Assembly (NCBI GenBank): GCA_964016885.1
Contig: OZ024740.1
Coordinates: 428,916,001-428,980,000 of the forward strand
Length of the DNA: 64,000 nt
Reading direction: 5' to 3'
Origin: Eledone cirrhosa
Taxonomy: Eukaryota
Part shown: piece after piece, positions 37,892 to 50,189 of the stretch
Position numbering within the stretch: position 1 is the first letter of the stretch
Layout of the letters: each line of letters starts with the position of its first letter
The notes under the pieces: generated by a model
What the model was told of the DNA's origin: nothing
Databases searched by the model: none
Seen by the model: only the letters and a program-made list of their open reading frames with translations
Translations under genes and position numbers: made by a program

Positions 37892-40800
37892 TTGCTGTTG
37901 TTATTGTTGTTACTGTTGTTATTGTTGTTATTGCTGTTATTGTTACTGATGTTATTGTTGTTGTTGTTGTTATTGTTACTGTTGTCGTTGCTGTTATTGT
38001 TGTTGTTACTGTTACTGTTGTCATTGTTGCTGTTGTTGTTGTTGTTGTTGTTACTGTTGTTACAGTTGCTGTCGTTATTGTTGTTGTTGCTGCTGTGACC
38101 GTTATTACTGTTGTTGTTACTGTTGTTACTGTTGTTGTTACTGTTGTTACTGTTGTTGTTACTGTTGCTGTTACTGTTGTTGTTACTGTTGTTGTTACTG
38201 TTGTTATGTTGTTGTTACTGTTGTTGTTACTGTTGTTGTTACTGTTGTTACTGTTGTTGTTACTGTTGCTGTTACTGTTGTTGTTACTGTTGTTGTTACT
38301 GTTGTTATGTTGTTGTTACTGTTGTTGTTACTGTTGTTACTGTTGTTGTTACTGTTGTTGTTACTGTTGTTACTGTTGTTGTTACTGTTGTTGTTACTGT
38401 TGTTGTTACTGTTGTTGTTACTGTTGTTACTGTTGTTGTTACTGTTGTTGTTACTGTTGTTGTTACTGTTGTTATGTTGTTGTTACTGTTGTTCTTACTG
38501 TTATTGTTACTGTTGTTACTGTTGTTGTTACTGTTGCTGTTACTGTTGTTGTTACTGTTGTTACTGTTGTTGTTACTGTTGTTGTTACTGTTGTTGTTAC
38601 TGTTGTTACTGTTGTTGTTACTGTTGCTGTTACTGTTGTTGTTACTGTTGTTGTTACTGTTGTTATGTTGTTGTTACTGTTGTTGTTACTGTTGTTACTG
38701 TTGTTGTTACTGTTGTTACTGTTGTTGTTACTGTTGTTATGTTGTTGTTACTGTTGTTATGTTGTTGTTACTGTTGTTACTATTGTTGTTACTGTTGTTG
38801 CTGTTGTTGTTACAGTTGTTGTTACTGTTGTTGTTACTGTTGTTGTTACTGTTGTTACTGTTGTTGTTACTGTTGTTACTGTTGTTGTTACTGTTGTTAC
38901 TATTGTTGTTACTGTTGTTACTGTTGTTGTTACTGTTGTTATGTTGTTGTTACTGTTGTTACTATTGTTGTTACTGTTGTTGCTGTTGTTGTTACAGTTG
39001 TTGTTACTGTTGTTGTTACTGTTGTTGTTACTGTTGTTACTGTTGTTGTTACTGTTGTTGTTACTGTTGTTGTTACTGTTGTTACTGTTGTTGTTACTGT
39101 TGTTGTTACTGTTGTTGTTACTGTTGTTGTTACTGTTGTTACTGTTGTTGTTACTGTTGTTGTTACTGTTGTTGTTACTGTTGTTGCTGTTGTTGTTACA
39201 GTTGTTGTTACTGTTGTTGTTACTGTTGTGTTACTGTTGTTACTGTTGTTGTTACTGTTGTTGTTACTGTTGTTGTTACTGTTGTTGTTACTGTTGTTAC
39301 TGTTGTTGTTACTGTTGTTGTTACTGTTGTTACTGTTGTTGTTACTATTGTTGTTACTGTTGTTGCTGTTGTTGTTACAGTTGTTGTTACTGTTGTTGTT
39401 ACTGTTGTTGTTACTGTTGTTGTTACTGTTGTTACTGTTGTTGTTACTGTTGTTGTTACTGTTGTTGTTACTGTTGTTAATGTTGTTGTTACTGTTGTTA
39501 TTACTGTTGCTGTTACTGTTGTTGTTACTGTTGTTGTTACTGTTGTTGTTACTGTTGTTGTTACTGTTGTTGTTACTGTTGTTACTGTTGTTGTTACTGT
39601 TGTTGTTACTGTTGTTGTTACTGTTGTTACTGTTGTTGTTACTGTTGTTGTTACTGTTGTTGTTACTGTTGTTGTTACTGTTGTTGTTACTGTTGTTGTT
39701 ACTGTTTTTGTTACTGTTGTTACTGTTGTTGTTACTGTTGTTGTTACTGTTGTTACTGTTGTTGTTACTGTTGTTGTTACTGTTGTTACTGTTGTTGTTA
39801 CTGTTGTTGTTACTGTTGTTGTTACTGTTGTTGTTACTGTTGTTACTGTTGTTGTTACTGTTGTTGTTACTGTTGTTGTTACTGTTGTTGTTACTGTTGT
39901 TACTGTTGTTGTTACTGTTGTTATTACTGTTGCTGTTACTGTTGTTGTTACTGTTGTTGTTACTGTTGTTGTTATTGTTGTTGTTACTGTTGTTACTGTT
40001 GTTGTTACTGTTGTTGTTACTGTTGTTGTTACTGTTGTTGTTACTGTTGTTCTTACTGTTGTTGTTACTGTTGTTGTTACTGATGTTGTTACTGTTGTTG
40101 TTACTGTTGTTAATGTTGTTGTTACTGTTGTTATTACTGTTGCTGTTACTGTTGTTGTTACTGTTGTTACTGTTGTTGTTACTGTTGTTGTTACTGTTGT
40201 TAATGTTGTTGTTACTGTTGTTATTACTGTTGCTGTTACTGTTGTTGTTACTGTTGTTACTGTTGTTGTTACTGTTGTTATTACTGTTGCTGTTACTGTT
40301 GTTGTTACTGTTGTTGTTACTGTTGTTGTTACTGTTGTTGTTACTGTTGTTGTTACTGTTGTTGTTACTGTTGTTACTGTTGTTGTTACTGTTGTTGTTA
40401 CTGTTGTTGTTACTGTTGTTACTGTTGTTGTTACTGTTGTTGTTACTGTTGTTAATGTTGTTGTTACTGTTGTTATTACTGTTGCTGTTACTGTTGTTGT
40501 TACTGTTGTTGTTACTGTTGTTGTTACTGTTGTTGTTACTGTTGTTGTTACTGTTGTTACTGTTGTTGTTACTGTTGTTGTTACTGTTGTTGTTACTGTT
40601 GTTACTGTTGTTGTTACTGTTGTTGTTACTGTTGTTGTTACTGTTGTTGTTACTGTTGTTACTGTTGTTGTTACTGTTGTTGTTACTGTTGTTGTTACTG
40701 TTGTTGTTACTGTTGTTACTGTTGTTGTTACTGTTGTTGTTACTGTTGTTGTTACTATTGTTGTTACTGTTGTTACTGTTGTTGTTACTGTTGTTGTTAC

Positions 40801-43800
40801 TGTTGTTGTTACTGTTGTTACTGTTGTTGTTACTGTTGTTGTTACTGTTGTTGTTACTGTTGTTGTTACTGTTGTTGTTACTGTTGTTGTTACTGTTGTT
40901 GTTACTGTTGTTACTGTTGTTGTTACTGTTGTTGTTACTGTTGTTGTTACTGTTGTTGTTACTGTTGTTGTCACTGTTGTTGTTACTGTTGTTACTGTTG
41001 TTGTTACTATTGTTGTTACTGTTGTTGTTACTGTTGTTACTGTTGTTGTTACTGTTGTTGTTACTGTTGTTGTTACTGTTGTTACTGTTGTTGTTACTGT
41101 TGTTGTTACTGTTGTTGTTACTGTTGTTGTTACTGTTGTTGTTACTGTTGTTACTGTTGTTGTTACTGTTGTTGTTACTGTTGTTACTGTTGTTGTTACT
41201 GTTGTTGTTACTGTTGTTGTTACTGTTGTTACTGTTGTTGTTACTGTTGTTGTTACTGTTGTTGTTACTGTTTTTGTTACTGTTGTTGTTACTGTTGTTA
41301 CTGTTGTTGTTACTATTGTTGTTACTGTTGTTGTTACTATTGTTGTTACTGTTGTTGTTACTGTTGTTGTTACTGTTGTTGTTACTGTTGTTGTTACTGT
41401 TGTTGTTACTATTGTTGTTACTGTTGTGTTACTGTTGTTGTTACTGTTGTTGTTACTGTTGTTACTGTTGTTGTTACTGTTGTTGTTACTGTTGTTGTTA
41501 CAGTTGTTGTTACTATTGTTGTTATTGTTGTTACTGTTGTTGTTACTGTTGTTTTTACTGTTGTTGTTACAGTTGTTGTTACTATTGTTGTTACTGTTGT
41601 TACTGTTGTTGTTACTGTTGTTGTTACTGTTGTTGTTACTGTTGTTACTGTTGTTGTTACTGTTGTTGTTACTGTTGTTGTTACTGTTGTTGTTACTGTT
41701 GTTACTGTTGTTACTGTTGTTGTTACTGTTGTTGTTACTGTTGTTGTTACTGTTGTTACTGTTGTTGTTACTGTTGTTGTTACTGTTGTTACTGTTGTTG
41801 TTACTGTTGTTGTTACTGTTGTTGTTACTGTTGTTACTGTTGTTGTTACTGTTGTTGTTACTGTTGTTGTTACTGTTGTTGTTACTGTTGTTGTTACTGT
41901 TGTTGTTACTGTTGTTACTGTTGTTGTTACTGTTGTTGTTACTGTTGTTGTTACTGTTGTTACTGTTGTTGTTACTGTTGTTGTTACTGTTGTTGTTACT
42001 GTTGTTGTTACTGTTGTTACTGTTGTTGTTACTGTTGTTGTTACTGTTGTTGTTACTGTTGTTGTTACTGTTGTTACTGTTGTTGTTACTGTTGTTGTTA
42101 CTGTTGTTACTGTTGTTGTTACTGTTGTTGTTACTGTTGTTACTATTGTTGTTACTGTTGTTGTTACTGTTGTTACTGTTGTTGTTACTATTGTTGTTAC
42201 TGTTGTTGTTACTGTTGTTGTTACTGTTGTTGTTACTGTTGTTGTTACTGTTGTTGTTACTGTTGTTACTGTTGTTGTTACTGTTGTTGTTACTGTTGTT
42301 ACTGTTGTTGTTACTGTTGTTACTGTTGTTGTTACTGTTGTTGTTACTGTTGTTACTGTTGTTGTTACTGTTGTTGTTACTGTTGTTACTGTTGTTGTTA
42401 CTGTTGTTGTTACTGTTGTTGTTACTGTTGTTACTATTGTTGTTACTGTTGTTGTTACTGTTGTTACTGTTGTTGTTACTGTTGTTGTTACTGTTGTTAC
42501 TGTTGTTGTTACTGTTGTTGTTACTGTTGTTACTGTTGTTGTTACTGTTGTTGTTACTGTTGTTACTGTTGTTGTTACTGTTGTTGTTACTGTTGTTACT
42601 GTTGTTGTTACTGTTGTTACTATTGTTGTTACTGTTGTTGTTACTGTTGTTACTGTTGTTGTTACTGTTGTTGTTACTGTTGTTACTGTTGTTGTTACTG
42701 TTGTTGTTACTGTTGTTACTGTTGTTGTTACAGTTGTTGTTACTGTTGTTGTTACAGTTGTTGTTACTGTTGTTGTTACAGTTGTTGTTACTATTGTTGT
42801 TACTGTTGTTACTGTTGTTGTTACTGTTGTTGTTACTGTTGTTGTTACTGTTGTTGTTACTGTTGTTACTGTTGTTGTTACTGTTGTTGTTACTATTGTT
42901 GTTACTGTTGTTGTTACTGTTGTTACTGTTGTTGTTACTGTTGTTGTTACTGTTGTTGTTACTATTGTTGTTACTGTTGTTACTGTTGTTGTTACTGTTG
43001 TTGTTACTGTTGTTGTTACTGTTGTTGTTACTGTTGTTGTTACTGTTGTTGTTACTGTTGTTGTTACTGTTGTTGTTACTGTTGTTGTTACTGTTGTTGT
43101 TACTGTTGTTGTTACTGTTGTTGTTACTGTTGTTACTGTTGTTGTTACTGTTGTTGTTACTGTTGTTGTTACTGTTGTTGTTACTGTTGTTACTGTTGTT
43201 GTTACTGTTGTTGTTACTATTGTTGTTACTGTTGTTGTTACTGTTGTTACTGTTGTTGTTACTGTTGTTGTTACTGTTGTTGTTACTATTGTTGTTACTG
43301 TTGTTACTGTTGTTGTTACTGTTGTTGTTACTGTTGTTGTTACTGTTGTTACTGTTGTTGTTACTGTTGTTGTTACTGTTGTTGTTACTGTTGTTGTTAC
43401 TGTTGTTGTTACTGTTGTTGTTACTGTTGTTACTGTTGTTGTTACTGTTGTTACTGTTGTTGTTACTGTTGTTGTTACTGTTGTTGTTACTGTTGTTACT
43501 GTTGTTACTGTTGTTGTTACTGTTGTTACTACTGTTGTTACTGTTGTTGTTACTGTTGTTGTTACTGTTGTTACTGTTGTTGTTACTGTTGTTGTTACTG
43601 TTGTTACTGTTGTTGTTACTGTTGTTACTATTGTTGTTACTGTTGTTGTTACTGTTGTTACTGTTGTTGTTACTGTTGTTGTTACTGTTGTTACTGTTGT
43701 TGTTACTGTTGTTGTTACTGTTGTTACTGTTGTTGTTACAGTTGTTGTTACTGTTGTTGTTACAGTTGTTGTTACTGTTGTTGTTACAGTTGTTGTTACT

Positions 43801-45320
43801 ATTGTTGTTACTGTTGTTACTGTTGTTGTTACTGTTGTTGTTACTGTTGTTGTTACTGTTGTTGTTACTGTTGTTACTGTTGTTGTTACTGTTGTTGTTA
43901 CTATTGTTGTTACTGTTGTTGTTACTGTTGTTACTGTTGTTGTTACTGTTGTTGTTACTGTTGTTGTTACTATTGTTGTTACTGTTGTTACTGTTGTTGT
44001 TACTGTTGTTGTTACTGTTGTTGTTACTGTTGTTACTGTTGTTGTTACTGTTGTTGTTACTGTTGTTGTTACTGTTGTTGTTACTGTTGTTGTTACTGTT
44101 GTTGTTACTGTTGTTGTTACTGTTGTTGTTACTGTTGTTGTTACTGTTGTTGTTACTGTTGTTGTTACTGTTGTTACTGTTGTTGTTACTGTTGTTGTTA
44201 CTATTGTTGTTACTGTTGTTGTTACTGTTGTTACTGTTGTTGTTACTGTTGTTGTTACTGTTGTTGTTACTATTGTTGTTACTGTTGTTACTGTTGTTGT
44301 TACTGTTGTTGTTACTGTTGTTGTTACTGTTGTTACTGTTGTTGTTACTGTTGTTGTTACTGTTGTTGTTACTGTTGTTGTTACTGTTGTTGTTACTGTT
44401 GTTGTTACTGTTGTTACTGTTGTTGTTACTGTTGTTACTGTTGTTGTTACTGTTGTTGTTACTGTTGTTGTTACTGTTGTTACTGTTGTTACTGTTGTTG
44501 TTACTGTTGTTACTGTTGTTGTTACTGTTGTTGTTACTCTTGTTGTTACTGTTGTTGTTACTGTTGTTGTTACTGTTGTTGTTACTGTTGTTGTTACTGT
44601 TGTTGTTACTGTTGTTGTTACTGTTGTTGTTACTGTTGTTGTTACTGTTGTTGTTACTGTTGTTACTGTTGTTGTTACTGTTGTTGTTACTATTGTTGTT
44701 ACTGTTGTTGTTACTGTTGTTACTGTTGTTGTTACTGTTGTTGTTACTGTTGTTGTTACTATTGTTGTTACTGTTGTTACTGTTGTTGTTACTGTTGTTG
44801 TTACTGTTGTTGTTACTGTTGTTACTGTTGTTGTTACTGTTGTTGTTACTGTTGTTGTTACTGTTGTTGTTACTGTTGTTGTTACTGTTGTTGTTACTGT
44901 TGTTACTGTTGTTGTTACTGTTGTTACTGTTGTTGTTACTGTTGTTGTTACTGTTGTTGTTACTGTTGTTACTGTTGTTACTGTTGTTGTTACTGTTGTT
45001 ACTGTTGTTGTTACTGTTGTTGTTACTGTTGTTGTTACTGTTGTTACTGTTGTTGTTACTGTTGTTGTTACTGTTGTTACTGTTGTTGTTACTGTTGTTG
45101 TTACTGTTGTTGTTACTGTTGTTGTTACTGTTGTTACTACTGTTGTTGCTACTGTTGTTACTGTTGTTACTGTTGTTGTTACTGTTGTTGTTACTGTTGT
45201 TACTACTGTTGTTGCTACTGTTGTTACTGTTGTTACTGTTGTTGTTACTGTTGTTGTTACTGTTGTTACTACTGTTGTTGCTATAGTTGTTGCTGTAATA
45301 GTAGTAGTTGTTGTTGTAGT
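37892..45320. repeat. 7.4-kb compound trinucleotide array of GTTGTTGTTACT and GTTGTTACT units
   Basis: Direct reading; source of the poly-L, VVT, CCY and NNS ORFs. Confidence 0.97.
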
Positions 45321-45556
45321 TGATACTATTTTCGTTGTTACTGTAATAGTACAGGGAGGCGTGGGAGTTGTTGTTGTTTATCTCCAGGTGAACTGTGATG
45401 AAAGACATACAAGTACTCACAACTCTGTATCACTCTCTTTCTTTCTTTTTTCTTTCTTTCTTTCTTTCTTTCTTTCATTCTTTCTTTTTTTCTTTCTTTC
45501 TATCTGTCTGTCTGTCTTTCTATCCATCTATCTATCTGTCTCTCTCTATCTGTATC

Positions 45557-45818
45557 CCTCCTTCTCTGTTTATAAACCTGTAGGTTAAAGAAAAGAGCAA
45601 AAGGAAGAAGGGAGCACTTGCACCACATGCTCCTGAAGTTAACGGTTGTTCTATTGACGGGGTATTAAACAACCCATTTGTGGCGCCTCCCCCCTATTGG
45701 GGATTTCGATTGTTAAATTTGTTTGTTTCCTATTTTTACACGATAGTATGTAAAATCCCCGGCATGTGTCTTTGTTTTGTCCCCTTTTCTTGTGCGCTCT
45801 TGTGGCAAATAAAGAAAT
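45557..45818 (+). mobile_element. 3'-terminal fragment of a Tx1-like LINE (copy 1)
   Basis: Encodes PSLFINL* (compare PSLYIRL* and PSLYIVL*), homologous 3' UTR, ends GTGGCAAATAAAGAAA(TCTA)n. Confidence 0.7.
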
Positions 45819-45834
45819 CTATCTATCTATCTAT

Positions 45835-48800
45835 ACACAATCAAAAGAAAAAAAAGAAAACACACCTCAGACACACAAATGAAAACAACACCCTCCCCAA
45901 AACATAACACTGACACCAACACAAAAGAGCTCACAACAACAGCAAACAAAAAACACCACACAAAAACAAAAACATGCATACACATACATAAACACAAGAA
46001 ACAAAAAACTGTTAAACATTGTGTACAACAACAATCTAATAAAAACCCAAGGGCCTAACTTCACCCAGGCAGGGGATTTCCCCACCTCAAAATGATTAAG
46101 GCCCCACAGGACACCTATAAAACTTTAAAAAACAACTTTAAAGAGGACGTGGGTCCCCCCTGCGTCGGACCCATTAACCGCGTCCTCCTAAAAAACTACC
46201 CCACCCCCTCCCCAAACACCCACACAACTCCAAACTCCCCAACCACACAACACACTGATGCCCCTACACTTCCACAAACCACCACCCCACCCAACAACCC
46301 ATCCCCCACCCTAATGGAAATTGTGCAGCCCGATACCCGGGACGCAGAGAGGTAAGTGCCTTTTCTCTTCACCTCCAACATGGCTATGCTAAGAGTAGGC
46401 TGTTTAAATGCGCGTGGCCTGGGCTCAACTTCTAAATGACCTCAGGTCACAACGTATAGATGTGATGGTTATTTGCGAGGCCCGGATCAGCAATGTGCGA
46501 CAGCTGGCCCCCACCTTTGATGACTTTGAGATGCACGCATCTCTCTGTCAGCCCGGAGGTGGGGGTGGGGTTGTCGTTCTGCTGCAAAAACATCTGGGTC
46601 TCGCAACACAGATGGTACATTTGGACCCGGAGGGTCGACTGGTGGTTCTGGACCTTGGCAGTGGTAAAGGCGGAGCGTTTAGGTTGGTAGCCGCCTACGG
46701 CCTTTTCGGGTCAATGCGGCCTCAAAAGGTTAATCGGTCGATTTGACCTGGCCGATAGATATCGACTAGATTTTCCTACTGCGCCAACGTGGACTTGGGC
46801 AAATCGTAGCGGATCATCTAGGTCGTACCTAGATAGGTTCTTAGTTAGAATTAAGGATAAGGACTTTTTAAGTTGTCCAAAAATGCGCATGGTTGGCTAT
46901 TCAGACCACAAATTAGTGACCTGCATGGTCAACCTTGACAGAACTCATAGACAGGGACTCGGTTACTGGAAGCTCAACTTGTCCTTACCGGCAAGTAAGG
47001 CTTACAGGGACCGGATTAGCACTTTAGTTAAGGAGCGGTTGACGGGCGCCATCGTCAACAGCAGGTGGTGGGGATCTCTCAAAAGAGAGATTAGAGTAGT
47101 CTCTATAGAATTTAGTAAGGAGTTAGCCTCAAATAGAAATAGGAAGGAAAGGGAGTTGGTAGATAGTGTAGAAGAGGCAATTAGAAGCGGCGACGTGGCC
47201 AGAGTGCTAGCGTCGAGAACGGCCCTGGGCCAGTTCTTCGACGCGAAACACGAAGGCTCTATCGTCCGAAGAAAAATACGTGCTCTGGGAAACGAGGGGA
47301 CCAAAGCTGTTAGCTGGGCCCGCGTGACAGAAGCCAAAAGAGGGAGCAGATCCACTATCCGGTCTTTGCGAGACCAGGATGGACGGGTGATCCTTGAACC
47401 TAAGCAGATGTGCGAGGGTTTTCAAAAGCACTTTGCCGGATTGTTCGTAAGGGGCGGGGAGCCGGTTGGGGATGTGGACTTCAGTCCATACCTCTACGGC
47501 CTGCTGCGTCTCTCGGACAGGGAGGCGAAGTCCTGCGAGGAGCCGATTTCAGCCGCTGAGATAGAGGACGTGGTGAGCCAATGCGGCAAACGCAAATCCC
47601 CGGGTCTCGATGGTCTTCCATACGAACTATATCTAGCTATGCCGGACTTGTTCCCCGATCTCCTCGAGGCGGTCTACTGCAACTGGCAACAAAACGGGAG
47701 AATTCCCTGTGCTGTGACCAAGGGTGTAGTCACGCTAGTGAGGAAGGACGAGAACAAGGGGGACGATATAAATAATTTCAGGCCCATAACTCTGCTAAAT
47801 ACAGAGTTAAAGATTTTGGCCAAGGTGCTAGCAAAGAGGTTGGCGCTTGTCGTGGGCAACCTGGTGGGAGATGCGCAGACATGTGCTATCCCGTCCAGGT
47901 CCATCCACGACAACCTCCACCTCATGCGATACATCATAGAGAGGGTTGGGAACGAACCCGGCTTTGGTGGGGCCCAGATCAACTTGGATCAATCTAAGGC
48001 ATTCGATAGGGTCGACCATGGTTACCTGGATGCGGTGCTAGCGGCGGCAGGCTTCGGAACCGTTTTCAGAGGCTGGATCAATGCCATGCACAGCAGCCGC
48101 ATCTGCTCTAGGGTCAAGGTGAACGGCTACCTCTCGGGGCCGTTCGAAATCGCGCGGTCCATCCGACAGGGGTGCCCTCTCTCCTCCCTTCTGTATGTAA
48201 TGACTCTAGAGCCACTGCTGCGGAAGTTGGAGTTGTTGCAGGGCATCCCGTTGGAACCGGGATTGCGGAAAGCGGTGTCAGCCTACGCCGATGACGTAAC
48301 AGTAATGGTGTCGACAGCCTCGGAAATCGGGGCGATCGGCACCTTACTGGAGGAGTACGAAAGGTTTACAGGGGCTAAGCTGAACCGGGACAAGTCGATC
48401 GCTCTGCAACTCGGCACGTGGAGGGGCAGATTGATGCCCTCCGATGGCGTCGTCGGGCGCTGGACGGAGGGCCCGGTGAAGTTGCTCGGGGTCTGGTTCG
48501 GACCAGACCTCCAGGTGGAGAAGAACTGGGGTGAGGTAACGAACAGGGTGTTTGCACTGACCCAGAAGTGGGCCGAGTGCAAACTGTCCCTGAAGGGTCG
48601 GGAGGAGGTGGCGAACACTTATATAGCGTCCATCATCTACTACCGCCTGACCGTTGTGCCTTGCCCAAGGGAAACGCTCGCCAAAATGGAGCACGCACTC
48701 TTCCAATTCCTTTGGAAGAAGCGGGCTCCTATGGTGAGGAGATCCATCTGCTGTCAACACCCTTCGAAAGGAGGGCTGGGGATGCCGTGGCTAATGATAC

Positions 48801-49930
48801 GTAAACACGCATTAAGGCTACGGCACCTTCAGGTATTCCTCTCCGGTCAACCGGTGTGGGCCCCGTTTGTGAGACGAGCCTTTCCCAGACTCGTCTCACT
48901 CACCGAGCTGCAATCCTGGGTCAAGCAAAGACCGAGAAAACTGGGCGCCTGGCACACCGAGTGTGCCCAGGCGCTCAAGGCTCTCTGGCAGGCGGACCCG
49001 GCTGTCAGTGGAGAATCCACCTCGTCATTCTATAGAGGGCTGGTGGTTAGCAGGTGCGACGACGCCCTCTGAGAAGCCCTAGGCATGGAGGAAGACGAAC
49101 TGGCTAACCTGTTCGGTAGGACATTCAGCCCGGGACCCATGGATAACTTCCAGAGGTCCCTGGCCTGGCAATGCTACAGAAGGGCTCTGCCCGTTCGAGA
49201 AAGGCTCTACAGACACGGGCGCCCGGGTAGGGACCCCTCGAAAAAGATCTGTCCCAGATGCGTGTGCGACGAGGAAACCGTTGCACACGCATTGGTACAC
49301 TGCTCGGGCATTGCCAATCTGTGGGACTATGTCGAACAACTGCTGTCAAGGGTGGGACCGATCCGGTTGACCACCGAGTCTATTGTAACGATCAAGCCGC
49401 CTCCCCTCTTCAAAAACGAAGAAGAGGCGGTGTTTCTGTGCGTAATAGCCATGGCGAAAGAGGTTGTATGGTGGACGCGTCTGAAAGGACTGATGTCAGA
49501 CACCTTTCTCTCTGGCCAACAACTGGTCCGTTTCTTCCGATATCATTTCGGAAGAAGGATCAGGATGGAGAGAGAGGTGCTGCACCCCAGCCGTTTTTAT
49601 GAAAGATGGGTGAAAGTGGCGAGAATGGCCCGTGTGAATGGGCCTTCACTCTACATCAGACTATAGGTGATGAAGATGAAAGACCAAGGGAGCACCCCTT
49701 CTCTGTGCTCCCGAGGAAAAGGGTTGCACACTTTTTTCGGGGGTGTGTGCGACCCCCCAAGGCGCCTCCTCTCTATTGAGGACTTTGTTATAAATTTTAT
49801 TTTTTGTTATATTTTATTTTATTTTTATATATTGTTATTGCCTCCTCCCTATTGAGGACGCCTTGTTTTGTAAACTCCCCCCATTGTACTTGTCCCACTT
49901 TTGATGCCCTGGTGGCAAATAAAAGAAACA
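45835..49930 (+). mobile_element. 5'-truncated, decayed Tx1-like LINE (copy 2)
   Basis: ORF1 3' remnant to 46355 homologous to copy 3; ORF2 relic; ends GTGGCAAATAAAAGAAA then TCTA-rich tract. Confidence 0.9.
46380..49666 (+). pseudogene. ORF2 (APE endonuclease, RT, zinc finger) with deletions in the EN domain and a premature TGA at 49070
   Basis: YSDH, KSPGLDGLP, FRPITLLN, LDQSKAFDRV, RQGCPLS, YADD, CPRC...HALVHC; collinear with 52031-55456. Confidence 0.9.
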
Positions 49931-50189
49931 TATCTATCAATCATTCTGTTTCTCTATCCATCTATCTATCTATCTATCTACCTATCTTGATAGAGTAAGA
50001 CACGCTTCGCATCGGCTCCGCTATTCCATCGGGATTTACCCTTACTATTGTAAGTACCGGATAAAATTTTTAGTGCAACACATTTGGAACACTAACCCCT
50101 GTTATTTAGGGAAACATTTTTGCATTTACCCCCTTTTTAGGGGGTAAAATAAATATCTATTTTTGCCGAAAAATTTCTTTCTTGGCAGC

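Noticed and set aside
37870-45420. Poly-Leu, Cys/Tyr, Asn/Ser or mucin-like Thr/Val proteins over 2,000 aa
   Set aside because: Translations of a trinucleotide array with frame slips and no codon diversity
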